This document shows positions 1 through 9,128 of a stretch of 64,000 bases of DNA, in pieces. Position numbers and translations under genes: made by a program. Location: IMG/VR virus record IMGVR_UViG_3300028840_007197, positions 30,907 through 94,906 of that record. One strand, written 5' to 3'. How positions within the stretch are numbered: position 1 is the first letter of the stretch; each line of letters opens with the position of its first letter. The notes beneath the pieces are model-generated. The model was not told the DNA's origin. It made no database searches and worked only from the letters and a program-made list of their open reading frames with translations. This DNA is from a virus.

Positions 1-134
1 TCATCCTTCTCCGACGTTACCTTACCGGCACTATGGCCAAGGTCTGAAAGCTTGTGGCACTGTTCGCTATGCTCCAAACCTACTATTTTCGAGTCCCCAT
101 TCGGATAGATGGTAATCTCTGAATTTGGCAACAT
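1..134 (-). CDS. Partial small protein, DUF2997-like (runs off the window edge; not in the ORF track)
   Basis: ATG at 134 preceded by AAGGGGG; translates MLPNSEITIYPNGDSKIVGLEHSEQCHKLSDLGHSAGKVTSEKD..., resembling the I.I.P.G...G...C...L...G.V pattern of DUF2997. Confidence 0.45.
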   Translation of the reverse strand, partial: MLPNSEITIYPNGDSKIVGLEHSEQCHKLSDLGHSAGKVTSEKD

Positions 135-146
135 CGAAGCCCCCTT

Positions 147-863
147 TTATGGATGGATATTCAGTTTTTGAAAGAGTCGATGCGAGGTAAACTGACCATT
201 CTGCTCTAGAGATATGCCCCATTTATCCATGAACGCCTGCATATCCTTCTGATGCCACTCAGATACATTCTTTGAGGCGTTCAATCGATGGAGAACCTTC
301 GATTCAGGCTCATACCATACTTCCCAGCCTCGATATCTAGCCCAGAAGCAGTAATCGGAGTCCGAATAGACGAGATACATGTTCTCATCTAGGACCCCGA
401 TACGCTTAACCATCTCTCGGCGCAGCATCACACTGGCAAAGTTGACCCAGATAGACTTTTCCGGTATCCTGCAATGACCCATAGAGACTCTGCCACCCTT
501 ATGGACTCCTGATGGAAAAGCTCTCATGGTTCCGCCATGCCGGATAAGGTCCCTATCCTCGGGATCTAACTGCATGGACCCAGCAATTCCAACTTTCTCA
601 TGAGACTCTATCCTTCTTATAAGGGCATCCTGAGCTCCAGGGAGGACCACAGCGTCCTGATTTAGAAGCCAGATATAGGGGGAAGAGCTAGATAGTATGC
701 CCTCATTGACGGCCTTTGTGAATCCCCTATTCGTTTCATTATTATCAATAATAATGAGATTGTAGCTAGACTCCTCACAGTGGTCCTTGATTGAGCCTAT
801 GAGACGGTGCATGTCCCCAGGATCGCCATAGAGGACCACAATGATATCGGTGGTAATAGGCAT
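147..863 (-). CDS. Glycosyltransferase family 2 (WbbL/rhamnosyltransferase-like GT-A fold)
   Basis: IIVVLY, IIIDN, NRGFTKAVNEGI, WLLNQDA, LDENMYLVYSDSDYC, W.VWYEP..KVLH motifs; GAGG RBS favours ATG at 863 over the track start at 875. Confidence 0.9.
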   Translation of the reverse strand: MPITTDIIVVLYGDPGDMHRLIGSIKDHCEESSYNLIIIDNNETNRGFTKAVNEGILSSSSPYIWLLNQDAVVLPGAQDALIRRIESHEKVGIAGSMQLDPEDRDLIRHGGTMRAFPSGVHKGGRVSMGHCRIPEKSIWVNFASVMLRREMVKRIGVLDENMYLVYSDSDYCFWARYRGWEVWYEPESKVLHRLNASKNVSEWHQKDMQAFMDKWGISLEQNGQFTSHRLFQKLNIHP

Positions 864-937
864 TAAATACCTCAAGAGAATGAGCCGGAATCGAATTATC
901 CCGGCCTTACAAAATGATACCGAATCTGGAAGATATA

Positions 938-1630
938 TTAAAGTTTGCGGCGGATACGCTTTTTTCTTGGCTTCCTGGGAAAATCGAAGCCATACTCACG
1001 AAGAGCCTGTTCTATCTCCTTTTTAAGGAGACATATGAACATATCCGTGACACCGTACATCTTTGCTATCTCGCTGTTCTTGTATCCCTCTTTAATGTAG
1101 CAGTAGACATCATAGCGGGTGCAACGTTTGACCTGAACGTCCTTGAAGGACCGTTTCTTGAGAGGGATACGTTTAGATCCATACCCCTTCACGAATTTTC
1201 TCTCGAAGTCGCTCAGCTCAAGAGGAAGGCCCTCTGGGTCATCAGAAACTGCGTTTCGCCTGAGCATATCACGATACTCGTTGGCGATACGGTTGTAGCG
1301 TAGTATGAAATCGATATCTTCACTCGATTCCTGTCCTGAGAGGGCTTGAAAGGAAACAGTCTGCTTGTTTCTCCAGGTGCGGTTTTCCCTGGAGAAGACC
1401 TGATTGCAGATCATGTTTCTTACGATGCGGAAAAGATACGTCGAGACCTTAGAGCGTTGAGGATCGTAATGATCCTCCATAAGTCTACCGGAAATAATTC
1501 GCACACATAAATCATTGGTGACATCTCCTGCCGTATCGACCCCAAAAGCATGGCAGAGGGATGTTACCATGTGGCGAATCTCCTCATGATTCTGTCGAAC
1601 GAACTCCTTTGAATTGTTGATGTACACCAT
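938..1630 (-). CDS. Phage RNA polymerase sigma factor (sigma70 family, regions 2 and 4)
   Basis: Region 2-like YDPQRSKVSTYLFRIVRNMI; C-terminal HTH GYKNSEIAKMYGVTDMFICLLKKEI. Confidence 0.8.
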   Translation of the reverse strand: MVYINNSKEFVRQNHEEIRHMVTSLCHAFGVDTAGDVTNDLCVRIISGRLMEDHYDPQRSKVSTYLFRIVRNMICNQVFSRENRTWRNKQTVSFQALSGQESSEDIDFILRYNRIANEYRDMLRRNAVSDDPEGLPLELSDFERKFVKGYGSKRIPLKKRSFKDVQVKRCTRYDVYCYIKEGYKNSEIAKMYGVTDMFICLLKKEIEQALREYGFDFPRKPRKKRIRRKL

Positions 1631-1900
1631 TCAAGGGCCCCCTCGGAAACGTGGTATGATTGTTGCTGCTGATACTTTGTGTGTTTTTCTTCATTTTAGA
1701 ACCCCATTGATAAATGGGGTGGTATTTATGTATTGTATCATGGACTTATCAAAAGGAGCTACAGTAAAGAGAAAGGTTAGACTATCTTATGCCTTAAAAG
1801 ACAAAGGATAATCTAATGACGGCTATGACCGGAGCTCGATTTGATTTCATAAGTAAAGGGGATACAAAGAGTTATACGACCAAAAACCGCCTGAAATAAG

Positions 1901-1929
1901 AATATAAACCATAACCAAATGTAAGTCAA
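1901..1929 (-). promoter_or_regulatory. Host sigma70-type promoter upstream of the phage sigma gene
   Basis: Minus strand reads TTGACT-N17-TATATT (1929-1924, 1906-1901) with AT-rich upstream sequence, in a 370-bp intergenic gap. Confidence 0.65.
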
Positions 1930-2002
1930 GGCGAAAAAACTAACTATAACACTAATAAATTCAAGTGGTTATAAATATGCAGAAAAATAAAAAGTCTGGT
2001 GG

Positions 2003-2206
2003 TCATACGGGTCCCTTCAAAACATAATTCTTATGTATTAAGGCATCCATCCTTATAACCTTCTTACCCATTGCCACTAGTAACCGGGCCTGCTCCTCCA
2101 TCTGTTCTTTATACCCCTCCAACTTCTGAACTTTTCTTCTCAAAATTGTGACCTGCTTCTTCAGGTCATCTATTTCCTTCTCCAGGTCTCTCTGCTGCTT
2201 GTTCAT
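2003..2206 (-). CDS. Small coiled-coil protein
   Basis: 67 aa with heptad pattern; GAGG RBS; follows polA closely. Confidence 0.7.
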   Translation of the reverse strand: MNKQQRDLEKEIDDLKKQVTILRRKVQKLEGYKEQMEEQARLLVAMGKKVIRMDALIHKNYVLKGPV

Positions 2207-2214
2207 TACCTCTC

Positions 2215-4686
2215 CTAAAGGCCGAAAAAGCGTGCTAGAGCCAAAAAGCCATCTCTACTAACCTTCAAATCTGATACCATAAGATGATTACCCTTATTGT
2301 CCTTGATTCGAAGGACAGCCTTTTTACCGTTATAGACAGGCTTTTTCTGATCCTCAACTAGAAACGGTATGATTGTATTCAACATCCTCAAGGAACTCAT
2401 ATTGGTTCGCTTTATCGTATAGACGAGTTCCTCCTCTAAATTGGTATTTGTTTCACCCGAATTCAAGGAGAAATCGCTTTCAGGATTATTTTCAGCAGGA
2501 GACTCAGGAAGTTGAACTTCCTCTTTTTTAAGAATTTCAGGGGCGATATTCTCAGGAACGATTTCCGAAATCTTTAAATCATTCTCTTTATTTTGAGAAT
2601 CCGATTCTCGCTCTTGAGAGTTTTCAGCCGGGTTTTCAGTGCGGCCTTTACTCTCATCTACTACATCTGCAGCCTTATGAAAAGTCAGCGTTTCTATGTT
2701 TTCTAACTCAGGATGCTCCTCAAAGAAATTACTCGTAGCATACCATGAGTCACCGTACTTAGCCTCAATTACAAGAGGGACTGGCCACTTAAGGATACCC
2801 TGCAAAATATCCCTGAGCTTCATAATCTCGTTTAGCTTTGGAACATATTCCAACAGTTTCTCAGTCTTTATCTCGAAGACGAGCTCGTCATGCATCGTTA
2901 TCAAAACCCTGATCTCGTCCTGGAGATTATTGGACCGGATCCAGTTACTAACCCTTACCATGGCAGTCTTCATGATATCCGCTGACGTACCCTGAACAAG
3001 GGTGTTAACCGAACAGCGGTCTCCACGAGCCTGCATGACTCTATTATCAGAGTCATAGAAGATATTCAGGGGACGTACACGACCCATTGCCGTTTTTACG
3101 TGCTTTAGTTTCCTGGCTTTAGCTTTCTCAACCTCCATCCATCTCTTGAGTCTAGGCAGAGAAGCAAAAAAGGATACCAGTATCCTGCGAGCCTCCGGCT
3201 CGGATATTTTAGCCTGTTGTGCTATACCTACAGAACCAGCCCCGTACAGAGATTGGAAATTAACGGTTTTCCCCACTTGACGCTCGGCCTTCGATATCTC
3301 CTGCCTATTGAAGATAGACTGACCGGTCTGACGGTGAAGATCAGCTCCGTTAAGAAAAGCATTGACCCATTTGGGCTCCTGTGACAGATTAGCAGCTACC
3401 CGCAACTCCTCTCCGGAATAATCCATAGCCACCATGGTATAACCAGGGCGAGCTACTAGAGCCTTTCTGAGGTTCGGGTCATCTGGGGAATAGTTTTTAG
3501 GGAGACTCTGGATATTCATACCACAGTAGCCGTCTATATCTATTCCCTTACCACCTGGGGATGAAAAGCGGCCGGTATCCGTGCCCGACTGATTGAACTG
3601 GAGTTTTATACATCCGTCTTCATCTTTATTCTTGAGAAGATTCACTATATACGTAGAAAGGCATTTCTCAAGGCCCCTGTACTGGACTATCTTCTTAATG
3701 ACTGGATACTCATCCTGAATTTTTTCAAGGGTAGCATTATCTGTGGAGTATTGACCGGAGGCCAGTCTCTCCTTTTCAGGATAGCGATACTTCAAGAAAT
3801 CAAACAGTATCCGACCTAATTGCTGGGGACTCCCGAGATTGAACTTAGTACCGACCAGACCATAAATATCATCCTCTATGGACTTGATTTTCTGTTCTAT
3901 TTCAATCTTTAAATTTTCAAGGTATTCTACATCTATCTTAACGAGATTGGCCTCCATATCCATCACAACACTCGTGACACGCTTCTCAAGATTATAAATG
4001 GCCATCTGCTGTTTAATAATATCCTGGCTCATAAAAAAGTTATAGAGGTCCAGGGTACAGACAGCGTCCGATCCACCATAAATGTAGTTTATCTTCGGAG
4101 ACGTTAGGTCGAAGCGCTTATTCTTCGAGACATCGTCAAACTCCAGCATGGGCTGGTTCAAGAGTTTATTAGAGAGTACTTTTAATCCTATCTCCTTACT
4201 CCCTGCATCATATAATCTGGCTAGAATAAGGGTATCCTCAAACCGGTCATATTCCCGTATATCTAAGCCATAGTTCTTCAGAATAGCCCGGTCATATTTA
4301 GAATTATGATAGATAGTAACACAATGAGTGCAGAGCCTTTTTATCTCAGAAAAAACCTCATCCTCAGGGAGATTATACTCAGCTCCTTCTATATGTTTTA
4401 CCGGGACATAGATACCTACTTTAGGGTTATAGGAGAGACAGAAACCAACCAGCTTGGAAGCTGATTCTGTCTTATCTCCCACTCTCTTCGATCGTGTGTT
4501 TAAGCCGGTAGTTTCTAAGTCTAGGGCGCATTTCCCAAATTCTATCGCTTCATCAATAAACTGTCGAAGTTCATCAACAGATGAAATCAGCCGGAACTCC
4601 CTGTCCTTCATCCATGGCATCTTGGATGTGAGCTCTTTTACACTATCCTCAAGAAACTCCGAGAATGTAGCCCCGACTATTTTCAT
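2215..4686 (-). CDS. polA: DNA polymerase family A with 3'-5' exonuclease (no 5'-3' exo) and C-terminal extension
   Basis: ExoI LDLETTG, ExoII HNSKYD, ExoIII YGGSDA; TGRFSS; motif A DYSGEELR, motif B RQVGKTVNFQSLYG, motif C MHDELVFE. Confidence 0.97.
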   Translation of the reverse strand: MKIVGATFSEFLEDSVKELTSKMPWMKDREFRLISSVDELRQFIDEAIEFGKCALDLETTGLNTRSKRVGDKTESASKLVGFCLSYNPKVGIYVPVKHIEGAEYNLPEDEVFSEIKRLCTHCVTIYHNSKYDRAILKNYGLDIREYDRFEDTLILARLYDAGSKEIGLKVLSNKLLNQPMLEFDDVSKNKRFDLTSPKINYIYGGSDAVCTLDLYNFFMSQDIIKQQMAIYNLEKRVTSVVMDMEANLVKIDVEYLENLKIEIEQKIKSIEDDIYGLVGTKFNLGSPQQLGRILFDFLKYRYPEKERLASGQYSTDNATLEKIQDEYPVIKKIVQYRGLEKCLSTYIVNLLKNKDEDGCIKLQFNQSGTDTGRFSSPGGKGIDIDGYCGMNIQSLPKNYSPDDPNLRKALVARPGYTMVAMDYSGEELRVAANLSQEPKWVNAFLNGADLHRQTGQSIFNRQEISKAERQVGKTVNFQSLYGAGSVGIAQQAKISEPEARRILVSFFASLPRLKRWMEVEKAKARKLKHVKTAMGRVRPLNIFYDSDNRVMQARGDRCSVNTLVQGTSADIMKTAMVRVSNWIRSNNLQDEIRVLITMHDELVFEIKTEKLLEYVPKLNEIMKLRDILQGILKWPVPLVIEAKYGDSWYATSNFFEEHPELENIETLTFHKAADVVDESKGRTENPAENSQERESDSQNKENDLKISEIVPENIAPEILKKEEVQLPESPAENNPESDFSLNSGETNTNLEEELVYTIKRTNMSSLRMLNTIIPFLVEDQKKPVYNGKKAVLRIKDNKGNHLMVSDLKVSRDGFLALARFFGL

Positions 4687-5219
4687 ATAGCTATCTCCGA
4701 CAGCTTAGCTTTCATTGCATCGATATTCTTGCCCACATCATCACCCTTTGAATGTGAAAAAAGAGTCATGTAGTAGGCAGTACACAAGGCAGCATACTTA
4801 TTGAGGGGGAGTTTACCCCTGAAGTCCAAAATCTTGTTTCTGATAATTTTAAGATCCATCTCAGTAAAATCGACGGTCTGCTTTTTTATTGTGAAATCAG
4901 GACCATCAGGAACGCTTGAGACATCGACTTTATATTTATTTACGATAAAATTTATAGCTCTGACATATCCGAGCTTTTCTTTATCCATGATGAAATCTGT
5001 GACATCCCACCTCTTCTTACAAACCCAGCAATAGCAGGAGTTAGTGCCACGATAGAAACGGGAGCTCGGTTTGTTGTCTGCTCCATGGAATGGGCACCGA
5101 TATTGAACCTCATCAGCCAGCAATGGATCGAACGTGAACTGGACTCCATAATCCAGCATCACCTTAGCCAGGTCTATTTTTTCCTCTATTACTTCTCTGA
5201 CCTTATTTGGGTCTTTCAT
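4683..5219 (-). CDS. Stand-alone DnaG-type CHC2 zinc-finger protein (primase Zn-binding domain)
   Basis: CPFHG.DNKPS...CYCWVC..RWDV.DFIM; only 178 aa, no TOPRIM core. Confidence 0.85.
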   Translation of the reverse strand: MKDPNKVREVIEEKIDLAKVMLDYGVQFTFDPLLADEVQYRCPFHGADNKPSSRFYRGTNSCYCWVCKKRWDVTDFIMDKEKLGYVRAINFIVNKYKVDVSSVPDGPDFTIKKQTVDFTEMDLKIIRNKILDFRGKLPLNKYAALCTAYYMTLFSHSKGDDVGKNIDAMKAKLSEIAI

Positions 5220-6700
5220 GCATCAAGGGGTATTTCACTGATCAGGTTATCGTCATCCTGTGGCTTCTCAATGATATTACGCCAGTGCCTCGAAATAAAA
5301 TCCAGACGGGACTCAAATGCCTGGAAGCCCCCGCCACGACGATGTTTCAAGCATCCTATTTTCACGGTCCCGTTCCGCTTCATCTCATCGTTGAAATAAA
5401 TGGTAAACACAAGGTCTGATGTTCGCTCTGCCTCATTAGCACTAGAAAGAGCGGTCAGCTTGTAGATGCCATCATTCTTTTCGGCCTCTCGCCAGCCATC
5501 ACGGTTTACCTGAAACGGTGTAATGGTAATAAGTCTTCTACCGCCATCGAATGTCATGGCAGTATTCTTAAGCCTCTTAATAATGTTATTCAGATCTACA
5601 TTGAAATCCCCGTACTTATCATCCTTATCAGCTACCATAAGGCCTATGTAATCGACCACCACGAAATCGAGATTAAGACCGAGACTATCCTGAAGGGTAG
5701 AATTGTACTCTTCAAGCTTAGTATCAAGTGCAGAGGGAGTCAGCTTTTCATCTGGCTGCCATACGTAGAGATGACCATAATCAGGATTATTACAGAAATC
5801 ATGAGCAGCAGCCTTAAAAAACTCCTCTTCTATTTCCGAAAGCTCCCCATAAAGGATCTTCTCGAAAGAGATCTTTCCAACAAGATTCTTGAACTTCGGG
5901 TGAGAGAGCCACATCGGATTAGACGTATGAAGACAGTAAAAGATATTGGTCATGTCCTCATAGTTCATCTCCATGGCCACAAAAACACCGTTAAGCCCCT
6001 GCATAATCCCGTTGTACGCCAGATTCGAGCTTAAAGTCGTTTTTCCCTGCCCAACAAATCCCGCTACCATCACGAGGTCACCGGGTTTGAAACCTCTTAC
6101 TGAGTCATCAATTTTATCTATGAACGTATATAGGCCCTTAGTCGTGGATGGGTCCCTTTTAACCTTATCATAAGCCTCTGTGACCTCCATGCCGACTTCC
6201 GTGGACCGGATATCAGCCTCAGTTTTTGTCATAGATGCCCTGAACCTGAATTTCCTGGACTCAGATAGAAAGAAATCTATTGCTGAGGTCATTCCCTGAA
6301 TAGTCTTCTTTTTGACCTTTAACCCGGAGGAGACGACCTGCCACGTCTTAGTAAGAAGTGATTGAAATTTATCGCGGTTCTGCTCCTCGAACTTCTCCTT
6401 TATTATTGCCTGATAGTCAGAACCTATATAAGGAGTTTCTATGGCTATCTCTTTAAGAGAAGCCATTACATTTTCATCACCGTTTTTCTGGGCCCTCTCA
6501 AAGAGGAGCTCTATTGACGGTATCTCTTCATAGTCCCTGTAGTGGGCTTCTATCCACTGATAGATTTTTATGTGGGATGGATCTTCGGGTTCTATTTTAC
6601 TGGTCAGGAAAGACCGATAATTCTTCTTTAACTCGGAAGCCTCGATTGTGGGCGTTCCACTCTTACGAACATTTATGATAGACCTGAATACGCGTTTCAT
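5216..6700 (-). CDS. dnaB: DnaB-like (SF4) replicative helicase
   Basis: GFKPGDLVMVAGFVGQGKTT (Walker A), FVAMEM, VVVDYIGLM (Walker B), QVNRDG, CLKHRRG. Confidence 0.9.
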   Translation of the reverse strand: MKRVFRSIINVRKSGTPTIEASELKKNYRSFLTSKIEPEDPSHIKIYQWIEAHYRDYEEIPSIELLFERAQKNGDENVMASLKEIAIETPYIGSDYQAIIKEKFEEQNRDKFQSLLTKTWQVVSSGLKVKKKTIQGMTSAIDFFLSESRKFRFRASMTKTEADIRSTEVGMEVTEAYDKVKRDPSTTKGLYTFIDKIDDSVRGFKPGDLVMVAGFVGQGKTTLSSNLAYNGIMQGLNGVFVAMEMNYEDMTNIFYCLHTSNPMWLSHPKFKNLVGKISFEKILYGELSEIEEEFFKAAAHDFCNNPDYGHLYVWQPDEKLTPSALDTKLEEYNSTLQDSLGLNLDFVVVDYIGLMVADKDDKYGDFNVDLNNIIKRLKNTAMTFDGGRRLITITPFQVNRDGWREAEKNDGIYKLTALSSANEAERTSDLVFTIYFNDEMKRNGTVKIGCLKHRRGGGFQAFESRLDFISRHWRNIIEKPQDDDNLISEIPLDA

Positions 6701-7375
6701 TTATGGTCTCCCGAAATTAGCCGAATCCATCTGCTGCTTATTCGGGCCTTTTTCTCCGGAATTCTTATAACCCACATTTATCTGTGTGTAATGTTTTGAG
6801 ATAAGGTCTTCAAGCTCCGGGGAATAATCATAACGGCACTCGGACAGGTTTGCCTCAGGCAGGTAAATCCACGTGGGCCTGTAATTCTTACGAATATTTA
6901 CCACCTGAGCTATGCACGTCTTCAGAACGTCATTCTTCTCTTTGGTATCCAGTGTGAACACCAATAGGTCATATTTTTGTGTCTCTGAAAGATTAGGTGT
7001 ATGCCCATCGGGTTGTTTCACATAGAACTTCTGGAGCAGATCTATGGCCCTACAGCAATGAAACGATAGTGAAGGATACTCATACCTATAGAGCATAATA
7101 GTGGATTTAACGTTTAACAGAAAATCCCTTTCCGACCCTCTTATAAGTATGTTTGGGCTTCGCTCTAGATTATCGGGGTCGAACTTCAGGCCATCATAAA
7201 TTTTATCAAAGGGCAGATACTGGTCACCTAATTGTCGTAGAAGGTCGAAGCTCCTTGATATGAACTCGGATTTCTTACACAGGCAGTATTCACTGACAAT
7301 GACCCTTTGGCCCGTATACTTGTGCGTCCTTATATAAAGGCGCTCCCCCAGGCCATTACAAAGAGGGCAGGTCAT
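6701..7375 (-). CDS. DnaC/DnaI-like helicase loader with degenerate nucleotide-binding motifs
   Basis: N-terminal CPLCNG...YCLC Zn site; NILIRG at the Walker A position, YDLLVF at the Walker B position, R...RPTWI; lies directly upstream of dnaB. Confidence 0.6.
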   Translation of the reverse strand: MTCPLCNGLGERLYIRTHKYTGQRVIVSEYCLCKKSEFISRSFDLLRQLGDQYLPFDKIYDGLKFDPDNLERSPNILIRGSERDFLLNVKSTIMLYRYEYPSLSFHCCRAIDLLQKFYVKQPDGHTPNLSETQKYDLLVFTLDTKEKNDVLKTCIAQVVNIRKNYRPTWIYLPEANLSECRYDYSPELEDLISKHYTQINVGYKNSGEKGPNKQQMDSANFGRP

Positions 7376-9054
7376 TCTATATTCTCCGCGTCTTCCATGA
7401 GCTGAGTGAACAGGTCATCTATGACCCCGCTCTCCTGAGCCGTGAAGTCCAAGGCTCCTTCAGCTGTATCTCCAATAACTTCATCACTTAGTTCTTTCTT
7501 TCCTGAAACTTTATTAATGACCCTCACATCTATCGTGCCCTTATTTATCATGTGCAAAACGAGAATGTGCTCTTTAAGGCTACCAATTCGCTGGGCCCGG
7601 CCTATAGTCTGCACAAGGTCTCCGTAGCTCCAGGGTGTGTCATAAAAAATTATTACGCCAGCCGATTGAAGATTCAAAGAAGCCGAACCTGCGGTGGTAA
7701 TGAAAATAACCTTACACGTGGGGTCATTCTGGAACTTAAGACGGGCACTCTGGCGTTCCGAATCATTGAGGTCACCCGTTATTTTCGTGTAACTGATATG
7801 ATTACGCTCACAGGCTATTTCAAGAGCAGGTATACCCGTTTTAAAACGAGTGAAGAGAATTACTTTCTCTTCAACGAGTTCCTCGGTCATAAGACGAATA
7901 AACTCGTTTTCCTTACTCGACTCACCGGACTGACCTATTAAAGAGGGGCCATTGCTGATCATCTGACAGTAAGTCAGAGCCGCAAGCTTACCGCGCTTAC
8001 GGCCGTCCTCTGTCATGAATTTCTCGTATTTATCCTTACGCTCTTCATATAATTTCAGAAGCTTTTCATCACTGGCCCCATTACGTACCTTATCAGATAT
8101 CTCATAGTATTCTCTTTTTATCTTCTCCTCATACATGATACCGGAAAGAGCCTCTTTATATAGGCGCTTCTGATCCGGTTCCATCTCAAGGATGACCTTA
8201 CGAGAAATGAGTTTTGGAAGCTCCGATGCGACTTCCTCTTTTCGGCGGATTAGGAAATATGGATCTATGGCCTGTTTAAACTGCTGCAGGTTTTTATACC
8301 CGACTGTCTTAGGTATCCTGCGCTCTTTACCACCAATGCGGAGTTTCATGAGCTCTTGTTTGCAGTAATTTTTCCTGAACCTTGTTATGTTACCAAAGAG
8401 GCCAGGAACTACAACGGAATAGATGCAGTATACCTCTTCAAGACTGTTTTTTATAATGGTTGCTGATAGACCATATACCCGGTCAGCCATCTCTGAAATT
8501 AAGGTACACGCTAGATGTACCCTCGTTTTTCTATTCTTAAAGGTCTGGCACTCATCATAGATGACCATATAGTTGGGGCTCAAGGCCTGCCTAATAAACT
8601 CATACTCCTCTATCAGGGGGGCATAGTTTATGACCATTACGTGTTCTTTGAAACCGCTGTATTGCATTTTCCGTGCTTGTATTCCGGTAAAGCCCTGATA
8701 TTCGTTAGTGATGACTCTCACATCGATACCGGTAGTGAATTTATCAAACTCCTCAGCCCATTGGTACATGGCACTCTTTGGGCATACTACGAGCAGTTTA
8801 AGGTTAGGGTTATTTATAAGACTCCATGTATAAGCTGCGATAGTCTCAACGGTTTTTCCAAGGCCGGTCCCATCTCCCAGAACCATTCTCTGCAGCAGCA
8901 TCATATGAAGAGCACCAACAACCTGATAATACCGCAATACGGTGCTCTCTTTGAGATACTTATTAGGTTTGAAAGCCGCTGTAGTCGATTTCCTTAACTC
9001 TAAAAGTTTTGGATAAATCGAGGGTATTTCCACAAATTTCTGTGGCATGCACAT
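7372..9054 (-). CDS. SNF2-family helicase/ATPase
   Basis: LRYYQ, LGDGTGLGKT, LVVCPKS, YDECQ, GLSAT, SLNLQSA, YDTPWS, QTIGRAQRIG. Confidence 0.93.
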   Translation of the reverse strand: MCMPQKFVEIPSIYPKLLELRKSTTAAFKPNKYLKESTVLRYYQVVGALHMMLLQRMVLGDGTGLGKTVETIAAYTWSLINNPNLKLLVVCPKSAMYQWAEEFDKFTTGIDVRVITNEYQGFTGIQARKMQYSGFKEHVMVINYAPLIEEYEFIRQALSPNYMVIYDECQTFKNRKTRVHLACTLISEMADRVYGLSATIIKNSLEEVYCIYSVVVPGLFGNITRFRKNYCKQELMKLRIGGKERRIPKTVGYKNLQQFKQAIDPYFLIRRKEEVASELPKLISRKVILEMEPDQKRLYKEALSGIMYEEKIKREYYEISDKVRNGASDEKLLKLYEERKDKYEKFMTEDGRKRGKLAALTYCQMISNGPSLIGQSGESSKENEFIRLMTEELVEEKVILFTRFKTGIPALEIACERNHISYTKITGDLNDSERQSARLKFQNDPTCKVIFITTAGSASLNLQSAGVIIFYDTPWSYGDLVQTIGRAQRIGSLKEHILVLHMINKGTIDVRVINKVSGKKELSDEVIGDTAEGALDFTAQESGVIDDLFTQLMEDAENIE

Positions 9055-9128
9055 AGCTCCTTATGAAATGATAGCGAATTGAGGCGCAGACTTAAAGAAG
9101 GCTGCGTATATGGCGGGAATCAAAAGAT

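Noticed and set aside
2215-9054. Inteins or introns in the replication genes
   Set aside because: Catalytic motifs are normally spaced; no intein termini or homing endonuclease motifs noticed.
9085-9106. Hairpin CGCAGACTT-AAAG-AAGGCTGCG as a terminator between structural and replication modules
   Set aside because: Imperfect stem and no U-tract on the minus strand; too weak to call.
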